A stretch of DNA of 64,000 nucleotides from Patescibacteria group bacterium (GCA_016784145.1 JADHVF010000001.1:26367-90366), one strand, 5' to 3'. Numbered from the stretch's first letter, positions 9,409 to 17,382 are shown. Notes: generated by a model from the letters alone, not told the origin. Numbers and translations are program-made.

Positions 9409-10350
9409 ATGATTGAACAAAAAATATCAAAGAATATTTTATTAGCCCCTTTTACAACTTTTAAAATTGGTGGTCAAGCCAAATATTTTTTAAAAGTCAA
9501 AAAAGTTCAAGATATAATTAAAGCTATTCAGTGGGCTAATAAAGAAAAAGTAGATTTTTTTATATTAGGAGGCGGGAGCAATGTTTTATTTTCAGACAAA
9601 GAATTCAATGGGTTAATAATAAAAATTGAGAGTATAAAGAATGGTATGGTTGTTTTGCCTAAGCAATCAGGTCATTTAAGAGTAATTGCTTGGGCTGGTA
9701 ATAATTTATCTCAATTAATTAATTTTGTATCAAGTAGGGGTGGGAAGGGATTAGAGCACATGGCAGGCATCCCTGGTACAATTGGAGGAGCTGTCCGAGG
9801 TAATGCTGGGGCATTTGGAGTGTCAATGTCTGATTTTGTGGAACAAGTGAGTGTTTTAAGGGATGGCAAAATCATTGATTTGAGAAATAAAAATATAAAG
9901 TTTTTTTATAGAGATAGCATTTTTAAACATAATCAAGATGTTATTTTAAATATAGTTTTACGGTTTGGTAAAACATCTTCTATTGAAAGTAAAAAAATAA
10001 TTCAAGCTAACATTAAGCAAAGAAGAAAATTTCAGCCGAAAGAACCAAGCGTTGGCTGTATTTTTAAAAATATAAAACTTAATGATATCCCATTTCAAAT
10101 AAAAAAAAGTGATTTAATTTCAGATAATTTTAAGAAATTAGGAATGATTCCAGCTGGACTACTGATTGATAAATGTGGGTTAAAGGGAGAGATTATCAAC
10201 GATGCTCAAATTAGTACACAACATGCTAATTTTATAATAAATAAAAAAAATGCTAAATCAGAAGATGTTGTGGCTCTTATTAAAAAAATTAAAAAATGTG
10301 TTAAAGATAAATTCAATATTAATTTAAGGGAAGAAATTAAATATGTCTGA
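9409..10350 (+). CDS. murB: UDP-N-acetylenolpyruvoylglucosamine reductase
   Basis: FTTFKIGGQAKYF, ILGGGSNVLF and GIPGTIGGAVRGNAGAFG are FAD-binding MurB motifs. Confidence 0.8.
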   Translation: MIEQKISKNILLAPFTTFKIGGQAKYFLKVKKVQDIIKAIQWANKEKVDFFILGGGSNVLFSDKEFNGLIIKIESIKNGMVVLPKQSGHLRVIAWAGNNLSQLINFVSSRGGKGLEHMAGIPGTIGGAVRGNAGAFGVSMSDFVEQVSVLRDGKIIDLRNKNIKFFYRDSIFKHNQDVILNIVLRFGKTSSIESKKIIQANIKQRRKFQPKEPSVGCIFKNIKLNDIPFQIKKSDLISDNFKKLGMIPAGLLIDKCGLKGEIINDAQISTQHANFIINKKNAKSEDVVALIKKIKKCVKDKFNINLREEIKYV

Positions 10351-11008
10351 CCCTAAAATGCAACATAATTTTAAATCGTTCAAGATATATATTTTGGGAG
10401 TATTTTGTTTATTGATATTTTTTTTGTCCATGTGGTTACCAACAGCAGAGATAGTTTTAACTACTTTCCCGGAACCATTAATTGCTGATTTTAGAATAAA
10501 GTTAAATGCTAGCGTGAATGATATTTTTTTTAACTTAGAAACTATTCCGGCTGAAGTTGTGTCTCTCAATCAATTTAACAAACAAGAGGATAGCAGGTTT
10601 ATTAATGGATTGATTGATGAGGATAACAGAAATATAATTATTTTTAAAGAGGATGATTTATTAAAATTCGTGGATTATAAAATAAAAGATATCTCAAAGG
10701 GCTCTTTGACTAACAAAAACATTATTTCAATTAATCCTGATAAGTGGCAAGTAGAAGTATTGAAAAAAGATTTTATTAATAAAAATGCGTTGATAAGCTT
10801 AAAAATAAATGAACAGGTTGTTAGAGATTATGATTATAATTCTTTAAGAGGTAAGATTGTTTCAAAAAAAATTAATCAAGCCAAAATAGAAATTAAAAAA
10901 TATTTAATAGTAGAAGACATTGTTATTAATGTTTGGCCTGGCTTTAAAAAACAAATGCCAATGTTCGAGAATAGAATGAAAATTAAAGTAAAACATAATA
11001 TAAATTAG
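10343..11008 (+). CDS. Hypothetical bitopic membrane protein (possibly FtsQ/DivIB-like; unsupported beyond position and topology)
   Basis: N-terminal TM helix (IYILGVFCLLIFFLSMWL) followed by a soluble domain. It overlaps the murB stop by 8 nt. Confidence 0.35.
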   Translation: MSDPKMQHNFKSFKIYILGVFCLLIFFLSMWLPTAEIVLTTFPEPLIADFRIKLNASVNDIFFNLETIPAEVVSLNQFNKQEDSRFINGLIDEDNRNIIIFKEDDLLKFVDYKIKDISKGSLTNKNIISINPDKWQVEVLKKDFINKNALISLKINEQVVRDYDYNSLRGKIVSKKINQAKIEIKKYLIVEDIVINVWPGFKKQMPMFENRMKIKVKHNIN

Positions 11009-11018
11009 AGTTTTGTTT

Positions 11019-11047
11019 ATAAAAAACCTTGACACTTTAAATATAAA
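11019..11047 (+). promoter_or_regulatory. Sigma70-type promoter upstream of infA (TTGACA-17-TAAAAT)
   Basis: ttgaca at 11019-11024, a 17-nt spacer, taaaat at 11042-11047. Confidence 0.5.
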
Positions 11048-11070
11048 AATGTAAAATATTAATTACATTT

Positions 11071-11301
11071 ATGTCTAATAACAAAAATTTATCAAAAGAC
11101 TTTATTATAATAGAAGGAGAAGTTGAAGAGTTATTACCTTCAGCCACTTTTAAGATAAGGCTTGATAATGATAAAACTATTCTAGCTCACTTGTCAGGGA
11201 AAATGAGAATACATAGAATAAGAATTTCTCCAGGTGACAAAGTAAAGCTCGAAGTAAGTCCTTATGATACATCTAAAGGAAGGATAGTTTATAGGTTTTA
11301 A
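11071..11301 (+). CDS. infA: Translation initiation factor IF-1
   Basis: S1-like fold sequence [54 protein letters not shown]. Confidence 0.9.
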   Translation: MSNNKNLSKDFIIIEGEVEELLPSATFKIRLDNDKTILAHLSGKMRIHRIRISPGDKVKLEVSPYDTSKGRIVYRF

Positions 11302-11312
11302 TTTAAATTTTT

Positions 11313-11426
11313 ATGAAAGTACGTTCTTCAGTAAAAAAAATATGTCAATCGTGTAAAGTAATCCGAAGGAAAGGGAGGGTTCGTGTTATTTGTAAAAATC
11401 CAAAACATAAACAAAGACAAGGGTAA
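11313..11426 (+). CDS. rpmJ: 50S ribosomal protein L36 (37 aa; absent from the ORF track because it is under 60 codons)
   Basis: Manual translation gives [37 protein letters not shown] with the C-x2-C...C...H zinc ribbon. Conserved infA-rpmJ-rpsM position. Confidence 0.85.
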   Translation: MKVRSSVKKICQSCKVIRRKGRVRVICKNPKHKQRQG

Positions 11427-11438
11427 GCATTATTATTT

Positions 11439-11828
11439 ATGGCAAGAATATCAGGGATTAATTTACCATTAAACAAAAGAGCAGAAATAGGCTTGACCTA
11501 TATTTTTGGGATTGGGAAGAGTACATCAAATAAAATATTAGAAACAGTTAAAATAGATAAAAATAAATTAATAAAAGATTTGTCTGAAGGGGAAGTAGAA
11601 AAAGTTAGGTCTATTATCGAAAAAAATTATAAAGCAGAAGGAGTATTAAAACGACAAATCCTGGACAATATAAAAAGATTAAAACAGATTAATTCTTATA
11701 GAGGCACGAGACATTCAAAGAGGTTGCCAGTTAGAGGGCAAAGAACAAAAACAAATAGCCGGACAATAAGAGGAAATGTTAGAAAAAAAGGAGCTAGTGG
11801 AAAAAAAGCGTCTGGTAAAAAAGTTTAA
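11439..11828 (+). CDS. rpsM: 30S ribosomal protein S13
   Basis: MARISGINLP N-terminus and a basic C-terminal tail. Confidence 0.9.
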   Translation: MARISGINLPLNKRAEIGLTYIFGIGKSTSNKILETVKIDKNKLIKDLSEGEVEKVRSIIEKNYKAEGVLKRQILDNIKRLKQINSYRGTRHSKRLPVRGQRTKTNSRTIRGNVRKKGASGKKASGKKV

Positions 11829-11845
11829 AATTGTAAATTTATTTT

Positions 11846-12223
11846 ATGGCAAGTAAGAAAAAAAATATTATTAAAAATATTAGAAAAGGACAGGTTCATA
11901 TTAAAGCAACTTATAATAATACAATTGTTAGTATTACGGATCAGTCAGGAAATGTTGTTGCTTGGGCTAGCGCTGGAAAATTAGGATTTAAGGGCCCTAA
12001 AAAAGCAACTCCATATGCTGCTAGTGTTATTGTTAAACATGCGATTGATAAAGCAAAAGAATATGACTTTAAGGATGCGCAGGTTTTTGTAAAAGGAGTT
12101 GGCATGGGGAGGGAATCAGCCATTCGATCGATTTATGCAAATGGTATTAATATATTATCAATAAAAGATGTTACTTCTATTCCTCACAATGGATGTAGGC
12201 AAAGGAAGCCAAGAAGAGTTTAA
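11846..12223 (+). CDS. rpsK: 30S ribosomal protein S11
   Basis: IVSITDQSGNVVAWASAGKLGFKG and a C-terminal PHNGCRQRK. Confidence 0.9.
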   Translation: MASKKKNIIKNIRKGQVHIKATYNNTIVSITDQSGNVVAWASAGKLGFKGPKKATPYAASVIVKHAIDKAKEYDFKDAQVFVKGVGMGRESAIRSIYANGINILSIKDVTSIPHNGCRQRKPRRV

Positions 12224-12234
12224 TTTTATTTATT

Positions 12235-12867
12235 ATGAAAGCAACCCCAAGATGTAAAATTTGTAGACGAGAAGGCGTAAAACTTTTTTTAAAGGGAGAT
12301 AGGTGCTCAACTTCTAAGTGTTCTTTTGTTAAGAAGAAATATCCACCTGGAATACATGGACCAACCCAACGAATTAGAAGAACAGAGTATGGTATTCAGT
12401 TGAGAGAGAAACAAAAATTAAAAAGATTTTTTGGAATTTCAGAAAAACAATTAAGAAATTATTTTGCCAAGGCACAGAGATTAAAAGGAAATTCAGAAAC
12501 AAATTTTTTAAAATTATTAGAAAAAAGACTAGACAATGTTGTTTATAGGGGTGGGATAGCTAAATCAAGAAGACAAGCAAGACAGATTGTTAGTCACGGG
12601 AATGTTTTAGTGAACGGGATAAGATTAAATATCCCTTCTCATCAAGTAAAGGCTGGAGATTTGATTAAAATTAAAGACAAGCAAGGAGTAGTTAAATTTA
12701 TAAAAGAATCAATTGGCCAAGCTAGTAAAAAAGATCAAGAATCAATCCCGTTATGGCTTAGTTTTGACTCTAAAAAACTAGAAATAAAGGTTTTAAAAGA
12801 AATTTCAGAAGAAAGTTTACCAAAAGAGTTTAATACAGGACTAATCATTTCTTTTTTAAGTAGATAA
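12235..12867 (+). CDS. rpsD: 30S ribosomal protein S4 (zinc-ribbon form)
   Basis: N-terminal CKICRREG...CSTSKC, then an S4 RNA-binding domain (RLDNVVYRGGIAKSRRQARQIVSHGNVLVNG). Confidence 0.9.
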   Translation: MKATPRCKICRREGVKLFLKGDRCSTSKCSFVKKKYPPGIHGPTQRIRRTEYGIQLREKQKLKRFFGISEKQLRNYFAKAQRLKGNSETNFLKLLEKRLDNVVYRGGIAKSRRQARQIVSHGNVLVNGIRLNIPSHQVKAGDLIKIKDKQGVVKFIKESIGQASKKDQESIPLWLSFDSKKLEIKVLKEISEESLPKEFNTGLIISFLSR

Positions 12868-12885
12868 AAAAAATAATATAATTTT

Positions 12886-13779
12886 ATGGAGAAAAATTTT
12901 TTAGCAAAGAAAATTAAATATACAGAAGATTCAACCAATAAAAATAAAGGATTAATAGAGATAGAGCCATGTTATCCGGGTTATGGAATAACCTGGGGGA
13001 ATGCGATTAGAAGAGTTTTGTTATCATCTCTTGAGGGCTCGGCTGTTACTTGCATAAAAATAAAAGGAACAAAGCATGAATTTTCTGTTATTGATAATAT
13101 AAAAGAAGATGTAATGGAGATTATCTTGAATTTAAAATTATTAAGATTTAAAATTTTAAAAAATCAAGATGAGCCAATCAAATTAACATTATCAGTCAAA
13201 GGAGAAAAAAAAGTTTTAGGAAAGGACATTAATGAATCTTTAAGTGCAGAAGTAGTTAATAAGGATTTAGTGATTGCAAATTTAACAGATAAGCAAGCAA
13301 AATTAGATATAGATATTTGGGTTGAAAAAGGATATGGGTGGGTATCATCAGAAGACAAATCAAGGCAAGGGCTTGATGTTGGTGTGATTGTGGTTGATTC
13401 CATTTTTAGCCCTATTTTAAATGTTGGGTTAAATATAGATGATGTTCGTGTTGGGAAAAGAACAGATTTTGACAAAATTAGTTTACGAATAGAAACAGAT
13501 GGCATTATTAGTCCGATTGATGCTTTTCTTAAGGCATCAAAATTATTATCATCTCAATTTGATTTTTTTATTAATTTGACTAATTCAGAGGACGAGAAGC
13601 CTAAAAAGGTAGTTAAAAAAATTGCTAAGAAAGTCCCTGTTAAGAAAAAAGTTGTTAAAAAAGCAGTTAAGAAAGTCCCTGTTAAGAAAAAAGTTGTTAA
13701 AAAAGCAGTTAAGAAAGTCCCTGTTAAGAAAAAAGTTGTTAAAAAAGCAGTTAAGAAGAAAACAATCAAGAAAAAATAA
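12886..13779 (+). CDS. rpoA: DNA-directed RNA polymerase alpha subunit with N-terminal domain only and a lysine-rich repeat tail
   Basis: The N-terminal domain is recognisable (LIEIEPCYPGYGITWGNAIRRVLLSSLEGSAVTCIKIKG). After about residue 228 the sequence becomes KKVVKKIAKKVPVKKKVVKKAVKK repeated, with no alpha-CTD-like sequence. Total 297 aa. Confidence 0.8.
   Translation: MEKNFLAKKIKYTEDSTNKNKGLIEIEPCYPGYGITWGNAIRRVLLSSLEGSAVTCIKIKGTKHEFSVIDNIKEDVMEIILNLKLLRFKILKNQDEPIKLTLSVKGEKKVLGKDINESLSAEVVNKDLVIANLTDKQAKLDIDIWVEKGYGWVSSEDKSRQGLDVGVIVVDSIFSPILNVGLNIDDVRVGKRTDFDKISLRIETDGIISPIDAFLKASKLLSSQFDFFINLTNSEDEKPKKVVKKIAKKVPVKKKVVKKAVKKVPVKKKVVKKAVKKVPVKKKVVKKAVKKKTIKKK
13627..13752. repeat. Three perfect 42-bp tandem copies (aagaaagtccctgttaagaaaaaagttgttaaaaaagcagtt) encoding KKVPVKKKVVKKAV inside rpoA
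   Basis: Copies at 13627-13668, 13669-13710 and 13711-13752 are identical on direct reading. Confidence 0.9.
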
Positions 13780-13798
13780 AGCGAATTAAGATAATTAT

Positions 13799-14149
13799 AT
13801 GAGACACAGGAAAAAGGGGAAAATTTTAGGAAGAAAATATGCTCAAAGAAAAGCACTATATAGAGATTTAAGCAATGCTTTGATTTTAAATGATAAAATA
13901 AAAACAACAGAAGCTAAAGCAAAGGCAGTTAAGCCTATAGTTGAAAGATTAATAACAAGGGCAAAAGAAAATAGTATTACTAATTATAGAAGAATAAATT
14001 CATTTTTACAGAGTAGGGAATCAACTAAAAAAATTTTAGAAGAAATAGGACCAAAATACAAAACTAGACCAGGTGGGTATTCTAGAATTATTAAAACAGG
14101 TCCAAGAAAAGGAGATAATGCAAAAATGGTAATATTGGAACTTGTTTAA
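13799..14149 (+). CDS. rplQ: 50S ribosomal protein L17
   Basis: MRHRKKGKILGRKYAQRKALYRDL N-terminus. Conserved position after rpoA. Confidence 0.9.
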   Translation: MRHRKKGKILGRKYAQRKALYRDLSNALILNDKIKTTEAKAKAVKPIVERLITRAKENSITNYRRINSFLQSRESTKKILEEIGPKYKTRPGGYSRIIKTGPRKGDNAKMVILELV

Positions 14150-14155
14150 AATTAT

Positions 14156-14518
14156 ATGTCAAAAATAAAAATAGATAGAAAAATTCAAAAATTAGACGCC
14201 CGGGGAGAGATTTTAGGAAGATTTGCTAGTCAGATAGCTCAATTGCTTATGGGTAAAGGGAAAGAGAGTTATGTTCCAAATGTTGATGTTGGGGATATTG
14301 TTATTGTTAAAAACATGGATAAGATAAAAGTTACTGGCAATAAATTAAAACAAAAAAAATATTATAGACATAGTGGATATACTGGTAATCTGAAAATAAA
14401 AAAAATGGAAGAAATACTAGAAGAATCTCCTGAAAAATTGTTGGAGTTTGCTGTTTTTAACATGTTGCCTAAAAATAAATTAAGAAAACCAAGAATGAAA
14501 AGATTGCGGTTTGAATAA
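14156..14518 (+). CDS. rplM: 50S ribosomal protein L13
   Basis: ARGEILGRFASQIAQLLMGKGKESYVPNVDVGDIVIV matches the L13 N-terminal region. Confidence 0.85.
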   Translation: MSKIKIDRKIQKLDARGEILGRFASQIAQLLMGKGKESYVPNVDVGDIVIVKNMDKIKVTGNKLKQKKYYRHSGYTGNLKIKKMEEILEESPEKLLEFAVFNMLPKNKLRKPRMKRLRFE

Positions 14519-14545
14519 AATGTTTTTTATTTTTGGAAAATAAGT

Positions 14546-14576
14546 ATTTAGGGGTTTAACCCCTAAATTTTTTTTA
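14546..14576 (+). terminator. Rho-independent terminator after rplM
   Basis: A 9-bp stem (atttagggg / cccctaaat) with a 5-nt loop, followed by a T9 run. Confidence 0.75.
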
Positions 14577-14612
14577 CATTGCTTTAATTAATAAAAATGT
14601 TAATATATATTT

Positions 14613-15116
14613 ATGTTAGAGATAAAAAAATATAATAATTCTTGCTTAAGGGTTAAATGCAAAAAAGTTGAACAGGTTACAGAACAAGTAGAAGTATTTA
14701 CAGAGAAGATGTTAAAAACAATGCATTTAAATGATGGTATTGGGTTATCTGCTCCACAAGTAGGGGATAATAGGAGAATTATTGTTATTGATATAAACCC
14801 GATTATAGGAAAAAAAAATAAAGGGTTGTTTTCTTTGATAAATCCTGAGATAATAAAAACAAGCGAAAAATATATTAAAATAAATGAAGGTTGTTTAAGT
14901 TTGCCAGGGGTAAATTTAAAGATTAAAAGACATAAAACAATCAAAGTAAAGGCATACTCAGTAAAACATAAAAAAGAAATTATTATACAAGCAAGCGGGT
15001 TGCTTTCAGCTGTTCTACAGCACGAAATTGATCACCTGGATGGAGTTTTGATTATTGATAGGGTGGGTTTTTTTGCAAAAAGAAAAGCATTAAAAAGAAT
15101 AGATAGTAATTATTGA
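14613..15116 (+). CDS. def: Peptide deformylase
   Basis: GIGLSAPQVG, EGCLS and HEIDHLDG are the three deformylase motifs. Confidence 0.85.
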   Translation: MLEIKKYNNSCLRVKCKKVEQVTEQVEVFTEKMLKTMHLNDGIGLSAPQVGDNRRIIVIDINPIIGKKNKGLFSLINPEIIKTSEKYIKINEGCLSLPGVNLKIKRHKTIKVKAYSVKHKKEIIIQASGLLSAVLQHEIDHLDGVLIIDRVGFFAKRKALKRIDSNY

Positions 15117-15236
15117 TTACTAATTATTGATTATTGATTACTGATTATTGATTACTAATTATTGATTACTGATTATTGATTACTAATTATTGATTACTAA
15201 TTATTGATTATTGATTACTAATTATTGATTACTAAC
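15106..15236. repeat. About 9 tandem copies of a 14-15-nt AT-rich unit (TAATTATTGATTAC[TA/TG]) starting inside the def 3' end
   Basis: Direct reading shows the units. The same family recurs at 15340-15410 and, inverted, at 38655-38790. Confidence 0.7.
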
Positions 15237-15259
15237 ACATGGGAGTGAGGCCCGATTAA

Positions 15260-15334
15260 GCGGGAGTAGTTCAGTGGTAGAATGTCTGCTTCCCAAGCAG
15301 AAGATCGCGGGTTCGATCCCCGTCTCCCGCTCCA
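15260..15334 (+). tRNA. tRNA-Gly (anticodon CCC), with genomically encoded CCA
   Basis: Cloverleaf folds manually. The acceptor pairs gcgggag with ctcccgc, the anticodon loop is ttCCCaa and the T-loop is ttcgatc. The 3' end is tcca. Confidence 0.85.
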
Positions 15335-15339
15335 GCAAG

Positions 15340-15410
15340 ATAATGATTAGTAATTATTAATTACTAATTATTAATTATTGATTACTAATTATTGATTATT
15401 CGTCACTAAT
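15340..15410. repeat. Degenerate copies of the TAATTATTGATTAC repeat between the two tRNAs
   Basis: taatgattagtaattattaattactaattattaattattgattactaattattgattatt. Confidence 0.5.
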
Positions 15411-15452
15411 ATACAGGGGCCAGACCCCTTTAAGCGGGGATTAACCCTTTAG

Positions 15453-15524
15453 GCCGATGTAGCTCAGTGGTAGAGCAATCCTCTCGTAAAGGATAGGTCG
15501 TCGGTTCAACTCCGACCATCGGCT
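15453..15524 (+). tRNA. tRNA-Thr (anticodon CGU), no encoded CCA
   Basis: The acceptor pairs gccgatg with catcggc (all 7 Watson-Crick pairs). The D-stem is gctc/gagc, the anticodon stem atcct/aggat with loop ctCGTaa, and the T-arm gtcgg-ttcaact-ccgac. Confidence 0.8.
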
Positions 15525-15540
15525 TTGTTAAAAAATATTT

Positions 15541-16224
15541 ATGATAAAATTCGTTAATGTAAGTAAATTTTATAAACCAGACACATATGCTTTAAAAGAT
15601 GTTTCTTTTTTAGTAAAACCATTGGAATTTGTTTCTGTGGTTGGACAGTCAGGAGCAGGGAAAAGCACTATATTTAAGTTGTTAATTTCTGAAGAAAAAG
15701 CGACCAGCGGTAAAATTATTATAGGAGATTGGGATATTACAGATATTAGACCAAATGAAATACCAGTATTGAGAAAACAAATTGGGGTTGTTTTCCAAGA
15801 TTTTAAATTATTACCCAGAAGAACAGTTTATGAAAATATTGCTTTTGCGTTGAGTATAATATCTACTCCTAAGAAAAAAATTCCAACCATTGTTGGCCAG
15901 GTTTTAAAAATAGTTGGTATTGAGAGCAAGCAAGATCTTTTTCCGGAAAATCTTTCATCTGGAGAAGCTCAAAGAGTTGCTATTGCTAGAGCATTAGCTC
16001 ATCACCCAAAAATACTTATTGCTGATGAGCCAACAGGGAATCTTGATCCCATTACAACTAGAAGTATAGTTGAATTATTTGCAAAGATAAATAAACTTGG
16101 AACAACAATTTTGTTAGTTACTCATAATAGGGAAGTAGTTAATTTTTTAGGGAAAAGAGTGATTACATTAGACCGAGGGAATATTATCAGTGATCAGATT
16201 AATCATGGAAGATATGTTATATAG
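15541..16224 (+). CDS. ftsE: Cell-division ABC ATPase FtsE-like
   Basis: Walker A (GQSGAGKST), ABC signature (LSSGEAQRVAIARAL) and Walker B (ILIADEPTGNLD). Length 227 aa fits FtsE. No ftsX follows. Confidence 0.7.
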   Translation: MIKFVNVSKFYKPDTYALKDVSFLVKPLEFVSVVGQSGAGKSTIFKLLISEEKATSGKIIIGDWDITDIRPNEIPVLRKQIGVVFQDFKLLPRRTVYENIAFALSIISTPKKKIPTIVGQVLKIVGIESKQDLFPENLSSGEAQRVAIARALAHHPKILIADEPTGNLDPITTRSIVELFAKINKLGTTILLVTHNREVVNFLGKRVITLDRGNIISDQINHGRYVI

Positions 16225-16307
16225 TTAAAAAAAAGTTTGAAATTTTTAATATTTATGTGTTATAATTATACTAACTATAGTAATAAATAAATTTAAAATA
16301 AAAATTT

Positions 16308-16565
16308 ATGGCAAAAGAAAAACAAATTGGAAAAATTACCCATTATTTTGGAAATATTGGAGTATGTGTGATAGAATTAACAGCCGGGATTAAAATAGGA
16401 GATAAAATTCATATTGTTGGAGGAGAAAGAGATGTTGAGCAGGTTGTTGATTCAATGCAAGTTGAACATGAAAGTATTAAAAAAGCAAAAAAAGGAGATG
16501 CAGTAGGGCTTAAGGTTGATGAAATAGTTAAAAATGGAGATAAGGTTTTTTTAGTTAAAGAATAA
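16308..16565 (+). CDS. Small hypothetical protein resembling a standalone EF-Tu domain-II-type beta-barrel
   Basis: GKITHYFGNIGVCVIELTAGIKIGDKIHIVGGE...GDAVGLKVDE resembles the G-x-V-x-x-G...G-D-x-x-x-x pattern of translation-factor domain II. Similarity judged by eye only. Confidence 0.35.
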   Translation: MAKEKQIGKITHYFGNIGVCVIELTAGIKIGDKIHIVGGERDVEQVVDSMQVEHESIKKAKKGDAVGLKVDEIVKNGDKVFLVKE

Positions 16566-16639
16566 TTTATTAAAAATAAAAATTGATAAATTAAAAATTC
16601 TATTAAAATAGAATTAGTATTTTTGTTTCTTATTTTTTT

Positions 16640-16867
16640 ATGTCAGATAAAAAAAATTCATTAGACAAAATATCCATTCCAAGGAATAAATTAATTAACA
16701 TGGGATTAATTATTGTTATTTTTAATCCTTTTCCATCTGGATTAATTTATGGATTTTTTTTATTTAAAAATCCGAAAACAAAAAAATATGGGGAGCTAAT
16801 GATAATTTGCTCACTATTTTGGGGGGCTATTTCTTTGGCTTTGACTCAAAAGTATTTCCCCGGTTAG
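16640..16867 (+). CDS. Small hypothetical membrane protein
   Basis: 75 aa with two hydrophobic segments. No known motifs. Confidence 0.3.
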   Translation: MSDKKNSLDKISIPRNKLINMGLIIVIFNPFPSGLIYGFFLFKNPKTKKYGELMIICSLFWGAISLALTQKYFPG

Positions 16868-16967
16868 ATAAGCAAGGCATCTAAAATAAAGTGATTATAT
16901 AATAACTATTAATTAATGGTTATTATTGTTTTTAGGTTCTCTTATTGATTTTTTTATGTTGTGGTTC

Positions 16968-16995
16968 TTGACAGATTTTTTATTACATTTATAAT
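16968..16995 (+). promoter_or_regulatory. groESL promoter (TTGACA-16-TATAAT)
   Basis: ttgaca at 16968-16973 and tataat at 16990-16995, immediately abutting CIRCE. Confidence 0.6.
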
Positions 16996-17022
16996 TAGCA
17001 CTAGGCATGTTAGAGTGCTAAA
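16995..17022 (+). promoter_or_regulatory. CIRCE operator (HrcA binding site) TTAGCACT-N10-GAGTGCTAA
   Basis: ttagcactaggcatgttagagtgctaa matches the CIRCE consensus TTAGCACTC-N9-GAGTGCTAA. It overlaps the -10 element upstream of groES. Confidence 0.8.
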
Positions 17023-17061
17023 AGGTCAAATAAAAATAAAATAAATTAATTATTAAAAATT

Positions 17062-17355
17062 ATGACTAAAATTAAACCATTAGGAAGTCGGTTAATAGTT
17101 AAGCCGATTATTAAAAATGATGTAACTGAATCAGGTATTATTTTACCTGAGACCATGGACAAGGAAAAGCCAATTATGGGAGAAGTTGTTTCCATTGGGA
17201 GTGGCAAAGTACTTGATAATGGTCAAAGAGAGACAATTGATTTAAAGGTCGGCGACAAAATTTTGTTTGAAAAGTATGGGTCAGATGAATACAAAATAGA
17301 TGATCAAGAATTTTTAGTTGTTGATTATGACAGAGTGGTTGCAATTATAAATTAA
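17062..17355 (+). CDS. groES: Co-chaperonin GroES
   Basis: MTKIKPLGSRLIVKPI...ESGIILPE...GEVVSIGSGK. Confidence 0.9.
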   Translation: MTKIKPLGSRLIVKPIIKNDVTESGIILPETMDKEKPIMGEVVSIGSGKVLDNGQRETIDLKVGDKILFEKYGSDEYKIDDQEFLVVDYDRVVAIIN

Positions 17356-17382
17356 AAAATTATAAATTAAAATAAACTATAT

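Noticed and set aside
13554-13907. - strand 117-aa ORF spanning the rpoA 3' end and the rplQ start
   Set aside because: It is the antisense reading of the 42-bp lysine-codon repeats (FLTGTFLTAFLTT x3) and overlaps two confidently assigned genes.
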